A stretch of DNA of 64,000 nt from Diplonema japonicum (lineage: Eukaryota; Protista; Euglenozoa: Diplonemea): assembly GCA_964019335.1 (NCBI GenBank), contig OZ025674.1, positions 186,001 to 250,000 of the forward strand, in the 5' to 3' direction. Below are positions 61,201 to 64,000 of the stretch, piece after piece. The notes beneath the pieces were generated by a model, which searched no databases, was not told the origin of the DNA, and saw only the letters and a list, made by a program, of their open reading frames with translations. Both the position numbers and the translations under genes were made by a program. The stretch's first letter is position 1. Each line of letters opens with the position of its first letter.

Positions 61201-64000
61201 TACTGCAGGGAGGACGTTGTCATCACATGTGATCAAGGTTATAGTGGTTCTTCCCCAAGTGCCCTATGTGCCACCGCAGGAGGGGTGTTCCTGTATTCCG
61301 GCTGCATAAACCCTTGTTCACAAATCACGTGCGCTGACCCTGGGCCCTGTCAAGAAATGGGTGCATGCGACCCTGTTGACGGGTGTGCCTACCGCGTGAA
61401 GTTCGGCGCTTGCGATGATGGCAGTGTTGTGACGAGCAACGACGAGTGCGTAAACGGTTTCTGCGTGGGTGAGGTGGTGTGTGGAGGTCTCAACTGCCAG
61501 AATTCCGACGACTGTCACACAGCCGCTTGTTCCAACGATTCATGTGTGCAGATACCTAAGGCGGACGGTGCTTCCTGTAACACTGGGGGCATTGCAGGGA
61601 TATGCACAGGCGGTGTCTGCGGCCCTGCTGACAGATGTGGTGGGGTGGTCTGTAAAGCTAAAGGTCAGTGTCATGAAGTAGGCGTGTGCGATGCTTGGAG
61701 TGGCGAATGCACAGAGCCTGTTGTAGGGGATGGCACTGCTTGTGATGACGGGGACCCTGCTACAAGCAACGACAGGTGTGCAGCTGGTGTGTGTGCTGGC
61801 GATGTACCCTGTGGCGGTGCTGCGTGTACAGCGCAGCAGTGCAGCACTCCTCTCTGCGCCAACAATGTTTGCAGCAGCAGGCCTGCTGCCGATGGTACAC
61901 CATGTGACGACGGTGACATTCTCACGAAGAATGATGCATGCGAAAGTGGTGTATGCGTGGGTGTAAGTAGGTGTTCTGGGGTGATTTGTGCCAACCCAGC
62001 TGAATGTATGGCAACGGGCATCTGTTCCCCTGTCACCGGCCAGTGCTTGTACAAACCACTAGCAGCAAATACCACCTGTGATGACCATCAGCCAACCACT
62101 GTCAACGATATCTGTATAAACGGCCAGTGTAACGCGCTGTGTAAGGACGTCGTGTGCTCGGAAGCAACCCAGTGCACCCTTGCAGGTGTGTGTGATGGGC
62201 ACACTGGGAGGTGCCATGCAAACAGGTTCATCGATGGCACTTCGTGTGACGACATGAACCCTGACACCACGAATGATGTGTGCCGAGGAGGTGTTTGTGA
62301 AGGGCGCACCCTTTGCCAGTTTGTGGTCTGCTCCGCGCTGAACACCTGCCGTGAAGTGGGCACTTGCAACGCCACAACAGGAAGATGCGAGAATCCTATG
62401 AAGCAAGACGGCAGCACATGTGATGATGACGACACAACTACCGTTCAGGACCAGTGCGCTGAGGGTTTCTGCAGGGGTCTGAAGGTCTGCTCTAACGGTA
62501 TTTGCAGAATACCTCCACAGTGCAGGGAGGCCGTGTGCAGTGCAACAGGGGGCTGCGAGGAAGTCGACCAGGCAGACGGTTCGTTGTGCGACGATGGTGA
62601 CAGCGCGACAGACGACAGCTGCCAGGGAGGGGTGTGCGTGGGGTGCCCTGTGTGCATGCCCATGAATGACTGCCATGAGTCTGCTACGTGCAACGTGAAG
62701 ACAGGGGTGTGCATCCATAATATCAAGACCGATGGAGCGGCATGTGACGACAGTGATGTGCAGACCCTGAATGATAAGTGCATGCAAGGCGTGTGCGTTG
62801 GTCAGCAAAGCTGTGGAGGTGTTCTGTGCCCTATGTCGAAAGACCAATGCCTGGAGCCTATGTGCATAAGCAACAAATGCGACACGGCGCCCGTGCAAGA
62901 TGGCACACCCTGCGAGGATGGCAACTACCACACTATCAACGACACTTGCCACAGCGGTGTTTGCGCGGGCATTGCTCCTTGCGCTAATGTGAAGTGCCTG
63001 CCTGTTGATCAATGTCACGGTCCAGGTACCTGTGACCCTGCTACTGGGCAGTGCAGCTCTCCACAGCTAAGTAACGGCGTTCCCTGTGATGACAAAAGTG
63101 CCACCACCCGCTCCGACCACTGCGTAGATGGTGTGTGTGTGGGAACTGACAAGTGTGCGGGTCTGACATGCATAGCCTACTCGGAATGTCACCAAGTAGG
63201 GCACTGCATCCCTGCAACGGGTGTGTGTACAGCTCCTCTGATGCCTGAGGGCATGCCCTGCACTGGCGGCACTTGTCGTAGCGGCACCTGCTCAAGGGGA
63301 GCAAGCTGTAACTCGGTGCAGTGCAAGCCTCTCAGTGATCCATGCAAAACGTACGTGTGCACCGATGGTGCTTGTACGATAGAAAGCAAACCAAATGGTA
63401 CGACGTGCTATGACGGAAGCACCCTCACAATGGACGACAAGTGTGTTTCAGGTGTTTGCGTTGGGCTCGATAAGTGTTTTGGTGTCGTATGCACTCCCAG
63501 CAGCCAATGCATGGAGGCTGGTGTATGCGACCCAACCACTGGTGTATGCAGCTCTCTAATAAGACAGGACGGTGAGGTGTGCAACGACGCCGATTCATTG
63601 ACTGTTAACGACAAGTGCAAGTCAGGGCAATGTGTTGGGCACAGCAAGTGCCATGGTGTAGTGTGCGTTGCTAGTGACGGGTGTCACGGGGTGGGGGCGT
63701 GCGATGAGGCTACTGGTCTGTGTTCGGACCCGCCTCTGCAGGATGGCGTCCCCTGTGATGATGGAATGGTAGAGACAGTAGATGCCAGATGCATGGGTGG
63801 TATCTGCAGTGGCTCAGTGATGTGCGGTGGTAGAGCATGTACAGTCACAGATGCGCGGTGCGGCCGTGCAGCGTGCGACAGCAGCCAGCGATGCATCCAA
63901 GTGGCCCAGCCCGACGCGACGCCTTGTAATGACTTCATGTCGTCCACAGTTAACGACCAGTGCCGGACAGGCTTGTGTGTCGGGCAAAACCTTTGTGAAG
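55300..64000 (+). CDS. Giant secreted/surface Cys-rich repeat protein, >2,900 aa, 3'-truncated by the window
   Basis: Signal-like MAGLVSLVVFSLAYC. No stop seen to the window end, and no ORF-track entry in this frame, as expected for an ORF lacking a stop. Contains 17 Sushi-like, 16 EGF-like and ~16 CDDG...T..D.C..G.C repeats. Confidence 0.9.
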   Translation, partial: MAGLVSLVVFSLAYCPYNDLTTPPAAVSSGVNCSTDGDVAEGATCNHVVEGYTCNTVTCASSVWSGTAPCVGDTCSGGPAVASTGVDYTSCNRKTTGEYCDLSCLAGYKKVDGALFILTCIGTKYSDISGVVCLPVCATLSDQGPMHDELSCAGLVEGATCNVRCATGYTGGTALYVCTTGGQEPVLSSGQANPVCNANSCNAVALPVEAANYTSCFSLSTGSVCTPTCVAGYSQSLGGSFPLTCDPNGVFDDSSGIVCLPNPCSLGASNASPNVNYTQCNKLSSGDSCTPSCTSGFITTSPASFSLVCVGNIYTDTSNMACEAADICQAPRNPDPNANYAPCSNVLEGSPCIPTCKPGYERTLTPFTLVCDGGGVYDDPGSCVPVACVGGVVNPAMHVDYTPCTRLRSGSVCEPECMEGYVKEDSTGFTLQCPGGVFTDYSGTLCVVANCSVPRNPHPLADYSTCIGLRTGQSCSPVCTPGYDTVGVAPFDMTCDAKDGSYSDESGLSCVGLPCTKGPSSSAMSASYDTCNDLVSGELCVPSCLKGFTLVSADPFNITCVDGSYADASHVVCEATLCALGASNPTKDVNYTVCMERSTGDVCTPTCRNGFSVPQGVVVRAVELLCDEGAFLDTSGVTCESGLCTAGPVAPSPNVDYSPCSSKRSGETCDPTCLLGFSIDGTSNAFELTCDGLLYEDHADIVCAPEACGNGPTNPNALVNYTTCNSLRSGDTCSPDCNLGYVPFTGNPFVLTCVGGRYTDKSGRTCRPTPCSTPVNPSLNVNYTSCTGLSTGGSCTPLCDKGFTKVSGTGFVVDCGISGSYMDESGVLCEANLCSHGPADPTPLLDYTSCNSKVSGEVCAPTCPDAYDMSTSGSFKLACVERQYEDLSNVTCIPAACNSVKQARSHVNYSTCDAKASGTTCTPTCMHGYRVSSQTTDMVISCTRSDRSYEDTSATVCTEGTCRQGPRTPSPNVVYADCDLLNTGAVCTLSCAEGYDANTFTPFVLLCDDERYIDTSGIVCTPQVCSGGPSNPAPHADYSSCTALRTSETCKPTCAQGTLQSSGAPFVVSCAGGTYIDTSGIACEPFSCANGPSNPGQDIDYTSCNAKRTGDTCIPTCRGGTIPIAGSSFSLVCINDTYSDVSGLMCTTYNGECVQHGEKCAVAGQSCTDPSSAPNDWMCECVAPYSGTPMTMGHATCFLDECTATCATCAGSACPAAQHCVDSDMDVEATADWKCVCLSPAMGSETAAAAVCILDECTQTRSRIMCLSSGQACHDPDLTSTDNWLCRCVDPAIGEAVGAPAGCAYPGECAANSVVCTQAGQTCVDPSELADDWKCDCVLPETGTSRVGAPASCAMDECSPDPCGARQTCIDPNTSIASSNDYICSCPTPVVNSSIGSKATCMEDECIVHAAICSDVGQRCVDENRLTYDDWECRCAGSGVGSAIAGMATCAYSGECETKAHICTSQGQFCQNPNTAVANGWTCNCMDTALGHAVAQAATCELDECTASCPTCANDTCSSASQACIDPKKGSTTLNDWMCACQIPTKGTAVTAVALCEYDECTQHAYLCEAAGQLCEDFNTSITSLNTWQCVCKPPKVGAEFGKLADCRFSGECVANHKTCTDVGQTCVDPSSTTLNDWRCECLPPQSGPNSTASPASCILDECLTNTCGPFQACTDTNTSITSSGDFYCNCTIGEGSAVGGAAVCILDECANVENLMTCINAGQECVDETPVATSTNDWMCRCMHNVSGEAVARAATCAYVGECILQHTTCQPGQTCIDPNISVTGDWSCVGGHFDECSVHLSLCSKSDQGCVDPNPTVSSLDDWECECVLPLTGTALKSVATCGRDECMSSGLLCAQKLQSCVDPDPTEASLDDWQCECIPPAVGSPGIGSHANCALDECAGNTVCSQHGQMCADPVPDPINTGDWQCSCGAHSVGSPATASPAICTPMCTAGEKHGYNVSCPSGQYCREDVVITCDQGYSGSSPSALCATAGGVFLYSGCINPCSQITCADPGPCQEMGACDPVDGCAYRVKFGACDDGSVVTSNDECVNGFCVGEVVCGGLNCQNSDDCHTAACSNDSCVQIPKADGASCNTGGIAGICTGGVCGPADRCGGVVCKAKGQCHEVGVCDAWSGECTEPVVGDGTACDDGDPATSNDRCAAGVCAGDVPCGGAACTAQQCSTPLCANNVCSSRPAADGTPCDDGDILTKNDACESGVCVGVSRCSGVICANPAECMATGICSPVTGQCLYKPLAANTTCDDHQPTTVNDICINGQCNALCKDVVCSEATQCTLAGVCDGHTGRCHANRFIDGTSCDDMNPDTTNDVCRGGVCEGRTLCQFVVCSALNTCREVGTCNATTGRCENPMKQDGSTCDDDDTTTVQDQCAEGFCRGLKVCSNGICRIPPQCREAVCSATGGCEEVDQADGSLCDDGDSATDDSCQGGVCVGCPVCMPMNDCHESATCNVKTGVCIHNIKTDGAACDDSDVQTLNDKCMQGVCVGQQSCGGVLCPMSKDQCLEPMCISNKCDTAPVQDGTPCEDGNYHTINDTCHSGVCAGIAPCANVKCLPVDQCHGPGTCDPATGQCSSPQLSNGVPCDDKSATTRSDHCVDGVCVGTDKCAGLTCIAYSECHQVGHCIPATGVCTAPLMPEGMPCTGGTCRSGTCSRGASCNSVQCKPLSDPCKTYVCTDGACTIESKPNGTTCYDGSTLTMDDKCVSGVCVGLDKCFGVVCTPSSQCMEAGVCDPTTGVCSSLIRQDGEVCNDADSLTVNDKCKSGQCVGHSKCHGVVCVASDGCHGVGACDEATGLCSDPPLQDGVPCDDGMVETVDARCMGGICSGSVMCGGRACTVTDARCGRAACDSSQRCIQVAQPDATPCNDFMSSTVNDQCRTGLCVGQNLCE

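Overview
Eukaryotic genomic DNA. It is most likely a euglenozoan protist, probably a diplonemid. That is an inference from three things: all ~18 credible genes lie on the + strand, intron donors are GT(A/G)TG, and the large secreted proteins have a characteristic repeat style. Genes are separated by very long A/T/G/C homopolymer-rich spacers. I could reconstruct 19 GT-AG introns by hand: 18 of 41-74 nt and one of 392 nt filled by (CA)n. Most are A-rich and lack a polypyrimidine tract. Removing them restores clear motifs: a CaaX box, a CAP WH2 motif, a WCPPC thioredoxin site and cadherin-like repeats. Main genes, in order: prenylated EF-hand protein; a CAP/Srv2 C-terminal module fused to two coactosin-type ADF-H domains; SET-domain protein; a ~5,900-aa polycystin-1-like receptor with 17 copies of an unusual repeat; CLK/KKT10-19-like kinase; coiled-coil protein; PAM2 protein; CEP164-type WW protein; SGNH hydrolase; Erv46/thioredoxin (PDI-C type) protein; Omp85/Sam50-like barrel; Man1/Src1-like membrane protein; WW protein; and a >2,900-aa Cys-rich surface protein that runs off the window and is missing from the ORF track. 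Mobile DNA: a hAT-like non-autonomous element (two copies, one carrying a Penelope-like RT fragment and a degenerate hammerhead-like fold), a decayed piggyBac, two small TIR/foldback elements, and a ~100-bp dispersed structured repeat. No rRNA, tRNA or CRISPR seen. All domain calls come from motif recognition by eye; no searches were run.
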